Below are positions 34,327 through 48,119 of a stretch of DNA of 64,000 bases, piece after piece. Numbering within the stretch: position 1 is the first letter of the stretch; the number at the start of each line of letters is the position of its first letter. Source of the stretch: Octopus bimaculoides. Taxonomy: Eukaryota. The stretch is taken from assembly GCF_001194135.2 (NCBI RefSeq), contig NC_068982.1, forward strand, positions 129,558,597 through 129,622,596. Reading direction: 5' to 3'. The translations under genes and the position numbers were made by a program. Under the pieces are notes generated by a model, which made no database searches, was not told the DNA's origin, and worked only from the letters and a program-made list of their open reading frames with translations.

Positions 34327-35109
34327 GTATGTCAGAAATTGCTTTAAAATAATCAATCAAAAAACATAATAAAATAGTGAAAATATTGTGTCTGATATTG
34401 CTCAGTTAACAGAATAGGAATTAAAGTTAAACTAACAATTTGTAAGTATTCAATAGAATTAAATTCTATGACAGCATCTTTAAAAAGAAAACTAGCAAAA
34501 GTATTCAGCTGAATAATATTTTTTTTTAGAATTTAAGTTGTATAAAATGTCAGCAACAAAAATGGGAAATACACCAACATGAACAATTCTTACTTTCTGT
34601 TGTTCTTTATAGCTTGGTCTTCTGAATGTTATCAAATTTTAAATCCTGATGCCTGGTCTTATATTATTGTTATGTGTGACTTCAACTATGTTCTACTCAA
34701 CAACTGCTTGTTTCTTATGGCAAACAATATATGTAAGTGTAGTCCACAATGCCACATGCAACTTACTTATTGATAGGCTAATTAAATATCCTGTTTTAAA
34801 TTACCAATCAAAAGCAGAACCAGCTTGGCTTTTCATTGGCTGAAAATTTCTCAGTTTGTGTTGTCAAAATAAACTTCAATGCTAGCAACTTGTTCAATAT
34901 TCATGTTATTCAAAATAATAGTTTAAAAAGTTATAAAATTTCAAGGTAGAGTTTATAGTTTGTATCTCTTCTTTTTATTATTTATTATCTTTTTCTTTAA
35001 CATTTGCCTACAAAGAATTAATTAAAAAATTTGAAATCAGTGAAATCATTCCCAAAAGAACATACACCAATAAAATAAATTGCAAAATAAAAACTATCTT
35101 AGGTTACTT

Positions 35110-35610
35110 CAACAGGCATGGCTGGGTGATTATGAAGTTCAGTCTGCAACCAAAAGGTTTCAAGTTCAGTCCAACTGCAGATCACCTTGAACAAGTATCT
35201 TCTACTCCAGCCTTGGGTTGACCAATGCCTTGTGAGTGAATTTGGTTGATGGAAACTGTGTGGAAGCCTGTTGTATGTGTGCACGTGCATGTGTGTGTTT
35301 GTTCCCTACTACCACTTGACAACCACTGTTGGTTTCTTAGTGGTTTGGCAATAAGACTGATAAAGTATCGAACTTTAAATAAGTACTGAGGTCAATTTCT
35401 TTAACTAAACCCTTTAAGGCAGTGCTCCAGCATGGCTACAGTCAAAATTAACTGAATCAAGTAAAAGACAATCATCATCACCATCATCATCGTTTAACGT
35501 CTGCTTTTCATGCTAGCATGGGTTGGACGATTTGACTGAGGACTAGTGAAACCAGATGGCAACACTAGGCTCCAATCTGATTTGGCAGAGTTTCTACAGT
35601 TGGATGGCCT
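35110..35610. mobile_element. Decayed tRNA SINE (+) abutting an RTE-tail fragment (-)
   Basis: Similarity to the 6563 and 6944 families. Confidence 0.7.
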
Positions 35611-35999
35611 TCCTTGGTAAAATCATTAGCATATCAGATAAAATGTCCTTCCTGCAGTACTTGTTCTGATTCCTGGGGTTTTGGGCTCTAATTCTACCGA
35701 GTTCAACTTTGCTTTTCATCAATATAGGATCAATAAAAGAGAGCCAATCTTGGGTGTTGAATTAGTAGTAATGTGTAGACTGGATGTATTGTAGTATTTG
35801 TTCAGCTTTTTGTATTCTGAGTTCAAATTCTGTCATGGTACAAATGTAAAAATGTCATCAGGGTGCCATGTGGTATTTGTTCTATTTCTTTGTGCTGTGA
35901 GTTCAAGTCCTGCCATGGTCTACTTGAGTGATAAACTTGAACTGTTGTCTGGTGTAACACCACTACCTGGCACCTTGGGTGTTCTTAAGGGAGTCCAAT

Positions 36000-36555
36000 A
36001 TATTGCAAGCATTTAGGACAAGCTTCTGATTTGAGGATATCTCCCTTCCACCTGTTTTGGAGGCCCTGCAAAGGGCCATGAGTACTACATTTTCTCGGGG
36101 CTAAAAGATATAAAAAAAACCTCCAAAAGATTGATGTAGTACTTTACCTGAAATTGTAGTTCTTATTGTTGCTTACTTAAACTCTTTGCTCCTTATGCAG
36201 CAATAAGCCCTCAATGACTTTTCTCCAATGCTCTGAACCCCTACACCCTCAGTATAAAGTAGGGGGTGCCCTGTATATTTCCCTAAGGGAAAGCCTTCCC
36301 CTCTCCTAGGTCTTGTTAGTTTTGATTGTCACTGATGCTTCTGCAACTGTACTTTTTCCTAGCTAGGTGTCTTCACCTTACACAAACTGATTTCATCTTT
36401 GAGAAGAAGAATCCATATAAATCTGGCCTCTATCCTTTGATCTGTCCAGAATGGGAGGCTCTACCAGGAGCTTACACTCTGCTGGCATAACTCTCAGTGT
36501 CATTGGAGCACACAAGCCATCATACCACAACAAGGATTGGGCCTTGTGGGAGAGT
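36000..36555 (-). mobile_element. Probable RTE-type 5' region remnant
   Basis: Resembles the reverse complement of RTE 5' UTRs (ctaccaggagc...gtcattgg..cacaagcc..ccacaacaagg). Recognised from memory only. Confidence 0.35.
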
Positions 36556-36779
36556 TCTTATTGTACTTAGACAATAATCTAATTGCTGACACTAGCATTC
36601 AGCAGCAAATGTTGATGTTAAACTTTTTAAAGTAGATTTCCAGGGATATTTAGTGACAACTTAAATAATGGATGCACTTGTGTACACATGTGCATAATTT
36701 TTAGGAAAGATTCTAATTTTTTAGGGGAGATTTGTAAGAGAGATCTTAGGAGAGGAATGAATTGGAGATCTCTGTACAT

Positions 36780-37200
36780 TTAGGATGACCATTTCTCTTC
36801 ACAAGAATGTACAGGCCTGGGTAAAGTTTTTTGAAGACAAATGGTTGTTGCTTGTACATGGTAGCCTCCTTTCTCTACACAACCATTGCAGCAGGTGAAA
36901 GTGACTACTTTAAGACCATTACAGTATGGCACCAGTGTTGTTGCAGGTATTGTTGTCAGAATATAAAAACCATAACAGATAACACAAGGCAGTTTTTTTC
37001 TTAATCCTCTAAAATAGTTCAGCAAATCCAATGACTGGATTGGCAAATCTTTATATACCCTGAAACGATAGATGATGAAGCTAACTTCAGTGAGATTTGA
37101 AGTCAGAGAATCAGAACAAATACTATGAAGTATTTTATCCAACACTTTAATGACTACTAATTCACTGCCAACTAAATGGATTAATATCAACATTATTATT
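36780..37200 (-). mobile_element. Decayed LINE RT C-terminal remnant
   Basis: IQSLD..R...L.CV..GFY-like peptide typical of the post-RT region. Confidence 0.4.
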
Positions 37201-38031
37201 AATATCTGTTTTATTGAGGTGAAGTGGGAGGTGGCGGTACAAAAGTCAATATCATCAATCTGGCAAAATTTAATTCAGAAAAGTGCATGGTACCTTAGGC
37301 AAGTGTCTTCTTCTATAGCCCTGGGTTGATTACTGACTTGTGAATGATTATAGTACACAGAAACTGTGAGGTGGATACCTGTTGTGCACGTGTGTGTGTG
37401 TGTGTGTGTGTTTGTGTTAGTATTTGTCACCCACTGCTTGACCACAGGTGTTGAATTGTTTACATCCCAATAACTTAGTAGTTTGGCATAAGATACCAGC
37501 ATAAAAGAGTATCTAATACAAAAAAAATAAGAACTGGCCACAGTCCAATGACTGAAACAAGTAAAAGATAAAAGATACTGAAAAATAGACTAAAATTCTA
37601 CAGATGTTCATGTGTGTGTATGTGTATACACACATGTGTACCTGCCTCAGTGTGTGCGTATATATGTGTGCAAATGAACATGTGTGTATGCAAGTGTGTG
37701 TGTATGTTTTTTTATAAGTCAAACTGTTTTATGTATTTTTGTTATGTAAGTACACATTCATTACTCTGGAATGTAAACCAATATATTGACATGACAAGTA
37801 GGATTCCATTTATATTTTAATGCATTTTGATTTCCTAATTAAATAATTAGCTAATGAGTTATTAATATTGGAAGGAAATTGACTTCCTAGGCACCTATGT
37901 GAATAAACATGTTTATCTCACCCAAGTTTTTATGTAACTGATTTTGTTTTACATAGCTTGTTGAGCCTATGTTGACTAAAATGGGTAAATGTTTAATGTC
38001 AAAATGACTTGCCGAAAAAGAGAAAATAAAA

Positions 38032-38032
<1 letters not shown>

Positions 38033-38083
<51 letters not shown>
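38033..38083. repeat. (TAA)17 microsatellite
   Basis: Directly visible, abutting the Dong fragment. Confidence 0.97.
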
Positions 38084-38084
<1 letters not shown>

Positions 38085-38665
38085 TGACACAGGTAGAATA
38101 TAAGAGATGGAGGCATGACCAGGTTGTAAAACTTTTGCACTGGAAACTGTGCTAGAAATGGGGATTTGAAGCTGGAAACACATAGTACAAACACCAAGTC
38201 GAAAAAGTACTGGAGTTGGAGAAATGTAAGATTTTGTGGGTCTTTCCTATTCAAACAGACAAGAAGTTAGAAAATAATAGACCAGACATAACAATTATAG
38301 ATAAGGAAAAGCAAAGTTGCTTACTAATCAACCCATCATGCCCTTTTGATTCCAGGATCGTAAAGAAAGAGGACAAAAAGTTAGAAAAATACAATCCCTT
38401 AAAATTTGAAATAGGAAGAATTTGGAGCATAAAGGTTATGCCTGTAATAATTGGTGCATTGGGAACACTAAGCAAAGATATAGACAAATGGCTGTAGGAG
38501 ATTGAAATAAAATGTCCTGTAGAGCTCCTACAGAAAGTTTGTCTGTTAAGGACAGCAAGGATTATCAGGAGAGTTCTAAACACTTCAAAGACTGCTGAAA
38601 ACTTGTGGATACCTAAGGTTACAGGTAGTAACCCACTACCCACATAAATCCTACCAGGAATAAGA
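38084..38665 (+). mobile_element. R4/Dong-clade LINE 3' end (restriction-like endonuclease + 3' UTR)
   Basis: EYKRWRHDQV..LHW; KILW.F.IQTD...NRPDI; KLEKY..LK.EI; PVIIGALG; RTARIIRRVL. Confidence 0.92.
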
Positions 38666-39440
38666 CCGAACCTGAGCCAAACCAAAATAAAAATCCTTGA
38701 TGTCATTCAGAACTCAGAGCAAATAGCTGCCTTGCTACCTACTAGGAAAAACTGAAGACACAAAAGACCTAAAGAACTACCAAACAATAACATTTCTCAA
38801 CACCACTTACAAGATCCTCACATTTGTAATAACTGAAAGAGTGTACATTTTCCTTGAACAGAACTCTATCTTTCCACAAGTTCAAAAAAGTTGTAAAAGA
38901 AATTCTTATGTGTGCAAAAACTAATTGCTCATAAATAAAACAATTGTAGAGAATTGCCGGAGCAAAAACAAGAACCTGAGTATGGTATGGATAGACTACA
39001 GGAAAGGGTTTGACAGTGTCCCACACAAATGGATACTCAAGGCCCTTGAGATATACAAGATCTCTCCTGTCATTTTCAGATTCTTACAAAATAGCATGGC
39101 CAAGTGGAACACATGTCTCTTTCTAAACCATAGTAATGGGATGAGCCAATCCAACAGCATAAACATCAAATAAGACTTCTTTCAAGATGATTCCCTCTGT
39201 CCATTACTTTTTTTGCATGGCACTGATCCCACTCTCAAACAAATTGAATAATGCCAGATATGAGTACAAAATTTCTAACAGTATAGTAAACCATCTTTTT
39301 TACATGTATGATCTGAGGCTGTTTGCTAGGAATGTTGGGCAGCTAACAATTGTTAAAAAGTTTAGCAATGACACTGGGATGGATTTTGGCCTTGATAAGT
39401 ATGCTAAAGCAACTTATGTGAGAGGCAAGTTCAGACAAGT
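38666..39440 (+). mobile_element. R4/Dong-clade LINE internal RT fragment (decayed)
   Basis: KNYQTITFLNTTYK; WIDYRKGFDSVPH; FQ.DSL.PL.F; FYMYDL; FGLDK. Confidence 0.92.
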
Positions 39441-41065
39441 AGCTTTTTTCTGTACCAAACCAAACCTAACTCTACAGTTTAAACAAAATTGAGCTCAGAG
39501 AAATAACTCAAAAGAGCCAATATGTATTTGAATAGCATAAATACATACAGGTATATCAAATACCATACAACATAAGTTCCTGATTTAATTGTTTAATTAA
39601 ATTCCTGATAAAATTATCTCTGCCGCTAGAGAATGTATTATAATTGCCAAAAGATGGACTTACTTCTTCATGTGCCAAGCTGCAAGCCTACTAACTAGTT
39701 TAAGTTAATTTTTGCTCTTAGTACTGTCTCATATTTAGTGTTGTGCCAAACTCCTAGACCACCAAGCTATCTGATACCATTACAACAACAATCACATACA
39801 TCACTAATTTACCATCTGAATCTATGAAAAATGTCTTTACCTTGTGAATAAAACCTTCTTAAAACAAAACATACAGGCCAACTAAAAAATGCTTACATCT
39901 AATAATCATTGAAGATGGATGAGAGTGTATATATCCTGGAAATCTTGACCCCAGTGGTGGCTACAACAGCTATGTTTAGTGACCTGAGGTTATTGAGGAA
40001 AAAAATTGAATGTAAACAAGAAAATTTCTTTCTGTGTATGTGACCAATATTTGAATATATTTTATACCACTATTATAGTCTTTAACATCTGATAGGTACA
40101 TATTGGTACGCCTTATGCATGGACATTGTATTTTCTGTGTGTAATTGATCAACATATGACATGTTGAGTAAAACAAAATTTAAAAAGAAAAATGAAAAAA
40201 AAACATACTTTTCATTTTGTTCAGTCACCATTGAAACAAAAAAAATAATAATATTTGGATTGATTTCCATACAGCAGACAATCAAACAAACAAACATGAT
40301 AAAAACAGTGACACCTAGGGGTTTTTGTTGTTGTTGTTGTTGTTGTTGTTAATACAAGTGAATAATGGAGATAATGCATTAGACAGTTAACGTAAAATTA
40401 AATTGCTTAGAATTTTTTAAACAAGTATGAAGCTGTTTTTTAATCATTGAAAACATATGTCACCCTTAAATTCATATTCAAGGATAAAAATGCTGGAAGA
40501 ACATATACGATATATTAACACCCTGTTCATTGTGTTATTACTGTTTTTGCAGTTGCCTGTTATATTTCTGCACATGCATATAACATGAACCCAATTTCTT
40601 TTAACAAGAGGATATTGTATTTTATGTTTACTTACTTGGCTTTTCATTTTTATGGCTTGTAAATAACATGTGAGTTATTGGAAATTTTGTTAGCCTGTAA
40701 TGAAGAAAGTAACTGAATATTTATTTCCGATTAACAAAGCAAGCAAATTATTATTAAATTAAAATGTAAAACAAAAAAGATTTAAGATTGAAATTAAAAT
40801 GAAACCCTAATAATTGTCTGGATTGATATTCGTTATCTTTATCTTTTACTTGTTTCAGTTATTGGACTATGGCCATGCTGGAGCACTGCCTTGAAGGGAT
40901 AGTCAAACTAATTGATCCCAGTACTTATTTTTTTAGTATGGTACTTATTTTATTAGTCTCTTTTGTCAAACTACAAGGATACATGGATGTAAACAAACCA
41001 ACACTGGTTTTCAGGTGGTGCTTGTGGTGGTGGTAGTGTTGGGGAAAAACACAAACATATACAAA

Positions 41066-41955
41066 CATGGTCTAATCAATAAGTATCCAGATTGTTGTTG
41101 CCGTAGTAACGAAGCTGAAGCACCCACAGTGAAGCCACTTGGCATAGATTGACCTTGAACACTGTTGGGCATGTGCACTAAGTTTTAATGTTCTTGTTCA
41201 CTTCCACTGTTTACAGCAGTGCCTGGAAGGAAGGTGTGTAGCGTGTGATTATTGCACTGACCATGATAGAGAAAGTTGAGCAGAGAATTTGCATTCAATT
41301 TTGCCAAAGGTTTGGCAATACCTGCTCAGAGGCCTACATAAAGTTTTCATCGTTTTCAACACAATCAAGGAGATCTTGTGCAACTGAAACCTGAGTGTCT
41401 TTTTGGTCAGCTGAAAGCAGTTTTAGCACAAACTTGGCAGATATGCATCTCGTCCCCAAATCTTCTGTGATAATGGACTGAACTGAACCATAACTAATCT
41501 GCACATCCTCTGATAACTCACAGATAGTGATTTGATGATTTCCTCTCACAGCTTCACGCACATCTGCAATGTTTTTCTCAGTTCTGCTGGTTGCGGGTCT
41601 CCCAGAATGTTCGTCAATATCGACATTTTTTCTGCCACCTTGGAAATGTCTGAAGCACTTATACACTTGTATGTGGCTCATACACTCCTCTCCATACACT
41701 TTCTGCAACTTTGAATAGGCCTCTGATCAGGTATCGCCGTGACAGCTTTCTCTGTCATGGTCAATGTGACGATCACACAACACTACACATCTTCCTTCCA
41801 AGCACTACTGTAAACAGTGGAAGTGAGCTAGAATGTTAAAACTTAATGCATATGCACAGCAGTGTTCAAGGTCAATCTGTACCAAGTGGCTTCACTTTAC
41901 ATGCTTTAGCTTTGTTATTATACTAACAATCCGGATACTTATTGATCAGACCTTG
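41066..41955. mobile_element. Mariner-derived element made of two inverted 5' ends, with a transposase HTH remnant on the minus strand
   Basis: ~270-bp inverted arms starting CA(T/A)GGTCT.ATCAATAAGTATCC, TA at the right end. Minus ORF ...EHSGRPATS...TICEL...EDLG.R..SAKFV.KLLS. Confidence 0.9.
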
Positions 41956-42785
41956 TACATATATGACTATATATAATATTTTGAAACATATATATATATA
42001 TTTTTAGCCACTCCAATTATTCTCTCCATCACTTGCTATCTCTACAGCCACCTCAATTCTTCTCAACATTACTTGCTATCTCTGCTATTTCTAAACATCT
42101 CCCCTCACATTCTTATGGAACATTCCCTCTATCCCCTCTGATTTACTTATACTACCCCCACTGCAGGTCCTCTCTCTCTCTCTTTCTCTCTCTCTCTAAT
42201 TGAATCTACAAGCTCTTCTAGATTCAATTAGCTAATAATTCAGTACCCTTAATACTCAAAATCATTTCAGGTGTTTATCAACACCCTTAGATAGCCCCAA
42301 AGACTACCATGGGTTAATATTGATCAATTTGCTGATATCTGATCTAAACCAACCAAATAATTTTTTTAAAATAGATTATATATCAAAATATTTAAAAAGT
42401 TCTATGAAATATTTTTGAAGGTAACAGCTCCCAAATTATTTTTTCCATGTTGAACATTGCAAAGCTTATTTTCAGCTTTCCCTCTATTTCTAACTAACTT
42501 CATTTGTTTTTTTTTTATTTTCAATATTTTTTGTTTGTCTTTAAAAAAAACACAAGAAGGGCAGTGATCCTGACTTCCTATGAGGACCCTGTGATTGATG
42601 GTAGGGAGGGAGGGAGGAAGGTATCCTCCAACTGGAACTTAACATTATAAGGAGAGCTCATTACTAACCACAGTTAACATAAACTTTGAGATATTCAAAT
42701 GTAATTGATATCCAGATGGATTCAATGTTGCTGAGGATGTATTTCAGATATTACCTGGATGTTTGTGTTTTGGTAAATGATATTA

Positions 42786-43730
42786 AGTCGAAACCTTTCA
42801 ACATAGGTGTTGCATTTTAGTAAGGGTGTGTATTGCCACCTCTGAACTGGATTGACATGGACAGCTGTTGTGGAAGTGTATTCCAATCAGTGGATGCAGG
42901 ATCAATCAGATGATATATGCAGACAACATGGCGCTGCTTGCCTCATCAAAAAGTGTTCTCCTGCGTGCACTGAATGGGCTTGCTGCTGAGTGCTGCAAGA
43001 AGAGGTGAAAATTAATGTTGCAAAGACTGTGGCAAAGGTTTTCTCAAGAAAGTCTTACCATTGCACTGTGCATATTAGTGGGACATCACTGAGACAAGTG
43101 TTAAAGTTTAAGTATCATCACTTGTATTCACAAGTGATGGAAAGCAGGAAGCAGAATTCGATGCTAGAATTGCAGCTACTGGTTCAGTGATGTGCAAGCT
43201 CCAACATTTAATCTTGAGAAGAGGAGAGGTTTGTAAAAAGGCCAAACTCGCTATCTTCAATTTAGCTTGCGTGCCTTTCCTCACCTATGGTCATGAATGT
43301 TGGGCAATGGCTGAAAGTGTATGATTACAAATGCTAGCTGCTGAAATGGGGCTCCTCTGAAGGATCTCTGGGAAAAAAGCTACTTGACAGGGAAGTCTCC
43401 AGGTCAAGCTGCTACTTCTCTGCATTGAGAGATGACAGCTCTAATACTTCAGACATGTAATTGGAATGTCATAGGAAAGAATTGCTAGATGAATTTTTCA
43501 ATTCAAACAAAGTGGTAGGAGACCTAGGAGTAGACCAAGAATGAGATGATTAGATGATAACCATGGTTACAATTGGTCTTACTTGAGAATCCAGCCAGAA
43601 AGTCTAATGATGGTTGCTTCTGACAGATATCTATAGAGGAAGTACCCAAGAATAGTGGGCAAGGAGGAAGGATTGAAGGATAGATGTATTTCAGAAGGAG
43701 ATCAATGAGAAACCTCCCTCGGCACATGGG
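42786..43730 (+). mobile_element. Decayed RTE-clade LINE (RT YADD region to 3' end)
   Basis: QGCVL.P; MIYADNMALLA; KINVAKT; LTYGHECW; RPRSRPR. Confidence 0.85.
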
Positions 43731-45084
43731 AATTTTGAAAGATCTAACTATTTGAAGGAAAAGTATTAGTAATCACAACACGCTTTGTAAAGTCATATGA
43801 AGGAACCTGATTTACAAAGGTACACTTTCATAAAAGAAAAATTGTGATCGGATGGTAGAAAATTGCCTTTTTGACCATATAAAGCTTATGGTGTTTTAGA
43901 TATCTAGATAGGGTTTTTAACTTTGTACATCTCAATTTTCCTATCTGTAATAAGTACATATCAGATTTTCTCAGAACTGTATATCTAATTGACTAACATA
44001 GTGTCCAAGGGAAGATTCATCTTTCTTCCATTTAATATACAAGAACTTAAGGGGGCAAAGCTTTGCAGTTGTTTTTTTCATTTTTTTATGAAATACACAA
44101 CACCTCTGGTTTTCTCTGATTTAGATATGTGATGAGATCATATTGTATGAAGAGTGATCATATTGCTTAACAGTGATGGTAACTGGGCAAAGGTAAGCCA
44201 AAAGAAGTGGAGTTAAAAAGTATAATTCATTTATGAACAAATTGGGATATAATAGAAAATAAAAGAACTTGTAACAAAAAAAGACAATTTGAAGTGAAAA
44301 TATTTGTCGAATCAAAAACGTTGTGAAAACAGATATCCAATTGTAAAGATATTTTATTGAATACTTTATATTTTATTAAAGACAATCTTCTAGAAGACCT
44401 AGACATGTACAGCTTGATATATTCGACACGTTTGAAGAGGCGTTATTTTTGCAAACCTGCAGCCATAAAATAGTAAACAAAAGAAAGTTGTATGAATAGA
44501 CTATATAAACTACATAAAAGCAAGTTGAAAGGAAATGCAAAAGACAATCAAAACAAAGAAAACTAAATAAGAAACAGAAAGAAATCTCTGTTTTATGACA
44601 GTGTGGTAATGTCTTGATTAAATTCTAGTTATGACTGTTCCTTTTTAAAATGGAAAGAATTTCACATTCCAATCCTGCTTTCAATTTAAAGAAAAACAAA
44701 ATTACAAGATACAATTGTGTCTCATTGTCTGAATTTTTTTTCTCGTTTTTATTAGCTTTTCCTCTTTTCTAAGTTTATGTATGACTACGTTTTCTTTTAA
44801 CTTTATGGGAGCATTAAAACATAATAAAGAAAAGTAATAACTGCCCAAAGAAATAAAAATAAAATTACTTTCCATTTCCTAACTTTAACACCTCCTTTTC
44901 ATTCGTAGTTGGTGTTGTTGTTGTTCTTGTTCAGTTATTGGGACAACTCTTTTGGATCAGACTTGTAAAATGCNNNNNNNNNNTCATCAGGTTCTTTGTT
45001 TCTGCACACAAAAAAAAAAATAATAATGTTTCAACTAAGTTCACGTTCTAATTAACCCCACATCCCAATATAATAAATTATATA

Positions 45085-45705
45085 TTATTGGTTTCAAATT
45101 TTGGCACAAGGCTAGAAATTTTGGGGGAGGGAGCAATCCAATTACATTGGCCCCAGTGCTCAACTGGTACTTATTTTATTAACTCCGAAAAGATGACAGG
45201 CAAAGTCAACCTCAGTGGAATTTGAACTCAGAACATAAAGATGGATGAAATGTCGCTAAGCATTTTGCCTGGCATTCTAATGATTTTGCTAGCTCACCGC
45301 CTTAATTAAATTATATATATTACATTATCAAAAGATTAAAAAGAATATTCAAAACAACTGCCATGGTTCTAGGTTCGGCCCTGCTGTGTGGCACTTTTGG
45401 GCGAGTGTCTTTTATTCTAGCCTTGGACCAATCAAAGTCCTGTGAGTGGATTTGTTAGACAGAAACTGAGAGAAGCCCATCATATGTGTGCATATGTGTG
45501 TGTTTGTTTGTCCCCCACCACCATTTGACAATTGGTGTTAGTTGTTTAAGTACCCTAACTTAGCAGTTTGGCAAAAGACACCAATAGAATAAATACCAGG
45601 TTTAAAAATAACAAATACTGGGGTCGATTCACTCCACTAAAAATTCTTCCAGGCAGTGCCCCAACATGGCCATGTACTAATCACTGAAACAGGTAAAAGA
45701 GAAAA
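45085..45705 (+). mobile_element. Nin/Meta-type SINE followed by a decayed tRNA SINE
   Basis: Similarity to the 11-207 and 6563 families. Confidence 0.75.
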
Positions 45706-46414
45706 GAACCTAAATGTCTGATGTTCAAAACAAAAATCCAAAAACCTCTTTAAAAAATGATAAAAAAGAGTTAAAAGGGTGTTTTAAAACCTCCTCTCAC
45801 AACCCTTGTTCTGTGATAATACTGAATAATATACAATGTCTTCAAAATAAAATTGATTTTCTAGAACCAAAAAAAAAAAAATGTAATTGTGTGTTGATTT
45901 TATACAACAGATGCTCTTTTATGGCCAGCATTGGTATTGTTCTGAGGTTATATTTTACGAAAAGTAAAGAAAAATGCATTTATTTATTTAAAAGCTTTCA
46001 GAAGTTTTATGATGTAAATGTTCCAGCATGTGTTACACAAGATCGAAACAACCAAATATTTATTACAGGATGTAATGGTGTAAGGCACGGAATAGCTGAT
46101 CTACAAAACTTAGAAATGTGAAGATTGTTTTGAAAAATTGAAGAAATGAATAATTTGGAGGGTTTTAAAAAATTTTCATTTTAACATTTGTTCTCCTATG
46201 ACAACACATAACCAAAACCAATGAATAAATATCAGAGATTGTNNNNNNNNNNNNNNNNNNNNNNNNNNNNNNNNNNNNNNNNNNNNNNNNNNNNNATTAA
46301 AAATATTTACTTAACTTGATACTCTAGACAGTTTTTTAAAGTATCTCATTATGAAAAATAAACAAAAATGCAATCATTTATTTAAAATTTTTCAGAAGAA
46401 AATTTTATGAAGAT

Positions 46415-46785
46415 GGCACATAAATAGCACCATTTGAGCATGATCGTTACCAGTGTCGCCTTATGGGCACTTATGCCAGTGACACGTGAAAAAACATTCG
46501 AGCAAGGTCGTTGCCAGTGCCACTGGACTGGCTCCTGTGCAGGTGGCACATAAAAACAACATTTGAGCATGGCCGTTGCCAGTACTGCGTGATTGGCTCT
46601 CATGCCAGTGGCACGTAAAAGCACCCACAACACTCTTGGAGTGGTTGGTGTTAGGAAGGGCATCTAGCTGTAGAAACTCTGCCAGATCAGATTGGAGCCT
46701 AGTGCAGCCATCTGGTTCGCCAGTCCTCAGTCAAATCGTCCAACCCATGCTAGCATGGAAAGCGGACGTTAAACGATGATGATAA
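46415..46785 (+). mobile_element. RTE-tailed short element with four modules
   Basis: Same family as 13668. Confidence 0.87.
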
Positions 46786-48018
46786 TGTATAACTGTGTTA
46801 GAGGTTTTAAACAAGATCAAAACAACTAAATATACACAGCAAGACATAACGGTGTATAACAAAGAATATCTGATGTTCAAAGCTTAACAATTTGAAGACC
46901 ACTGGAACCCTCGTCATCGTAACCGACGGAGTGTCAACAACAACTAATGATTCTGCCAGCTTGCCACTTTCATCAATCTAATAATATTAACTTTTGTTGT
47001 TCTTGTTATTTTTATTTGCTTTCTGCTTTATTCTTTATGTAGCTATACAATACTAATGTTTTCTGTCTTCTTGAGAGATCAATATATTTGTGCCACTGAA
47101 ACATAACTGCGTATACCAATGAAAGATATAAATTGCATAGCAATTTCTCTTTTCAGTTTTAAATTTTAAACTATTTGTTGCATTGACTGTTAAATTAACA
47201 ATTAGATGAGAATTATAAAGGTTGTCACTGCAACAATTCACAATGGCTATACATAAAACTAGAATCGTAATTTAACAGTATAATAACAGTCATAACAAAT
47301 AAAGTCTTTAATTATTTCAGTTGACAATAGCACTCACAGTTCTTTTATTGTTTAGCCAAAGGAAGAAAGACCATTGACCAAAACTTTTGAGGTTAATGCA
47401 CCAGAAGTTCTGCAGATGATATTTGTGGGTGCAACATGAGTAAGAGAGGAATTCCAGAGAGTTGAAGCTCCTGAAAAGAAAGATTTGAGAAAATTATTTA
47501 ACAGTATTTATGAGATGTAACACAGTAGGGATGATAAAATAGGTTGGTGCATTTAGTGGACTGTAGGTGGGAGCAGGGCTTGATAAATAACTTCAGAGGA
47601 ACAGGATGTTTTGTAGTTATCATCATCATCATCATCATTTTAACATCCATTTTCCCATGCTTGCATGTGCCATATCGAATCTGTTGAGGCAGGACTTTCT
47701 ATGTTCGGATGCCCTTCCTATCACCAACCTTCACTTGTTTCCAAGAAAGGTAATATTTTCCTATGACCAGACAGATTTCTTGGAAGATTGAAAAATAAAT
47801 CACACTGCTAGTATGTCGATAGAAGACACACATATACACATACAAGATGGGCTTTTTTCAGTTTCCATCTGTGAAATCCACTCATCAGACTTTGGTTGGC
47901 CTGGGGTTATAAAAGAAGACACTTACCTAAAGTACCACATAATGGAACTGAATCCAAAACCATGTGCTGTACCTCTATTAGGAGTTAAGGGTTCACCATC
48001 TGAACCACTACCATACTC

Positions 48019-48020
<2 letters not shown>

Positions 48021-48077
<57 letters not shown>
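48021..48077. repeat. (TG)n microsatellite
   Basis: Directly visible. Confidence 0.97.
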
Positions 48078-48082
<5 letters not shown>

Positions 48083-48119
48083 ACATAATTTAAGTGGGGT
48101 TGCACTTATGCTTTGACTA

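Noticed and set aside
34613-34732. Plus-strand 120-nt exon-like segment (tttatag ... gtaagt) open in phase 1
   Set aside because: No recognisable peptide and no partner exons. Nearby minus-strand donors (34593, 34766) could equally mark the orphan gene 5' exon; unresolved.
36440-36555. HDV-like ribozyme in the putative RTE 5' remnant
   Set aside because: Could not build the nested double pseudoknot by eye; the sequence is too decayed.
42197-42230. 12-bp perfect hairpin (also small hairpins at 14009-14038 and 22724-22748)
   Set aside because: Short, with no supporting context; expected occasionally in 64 kb.
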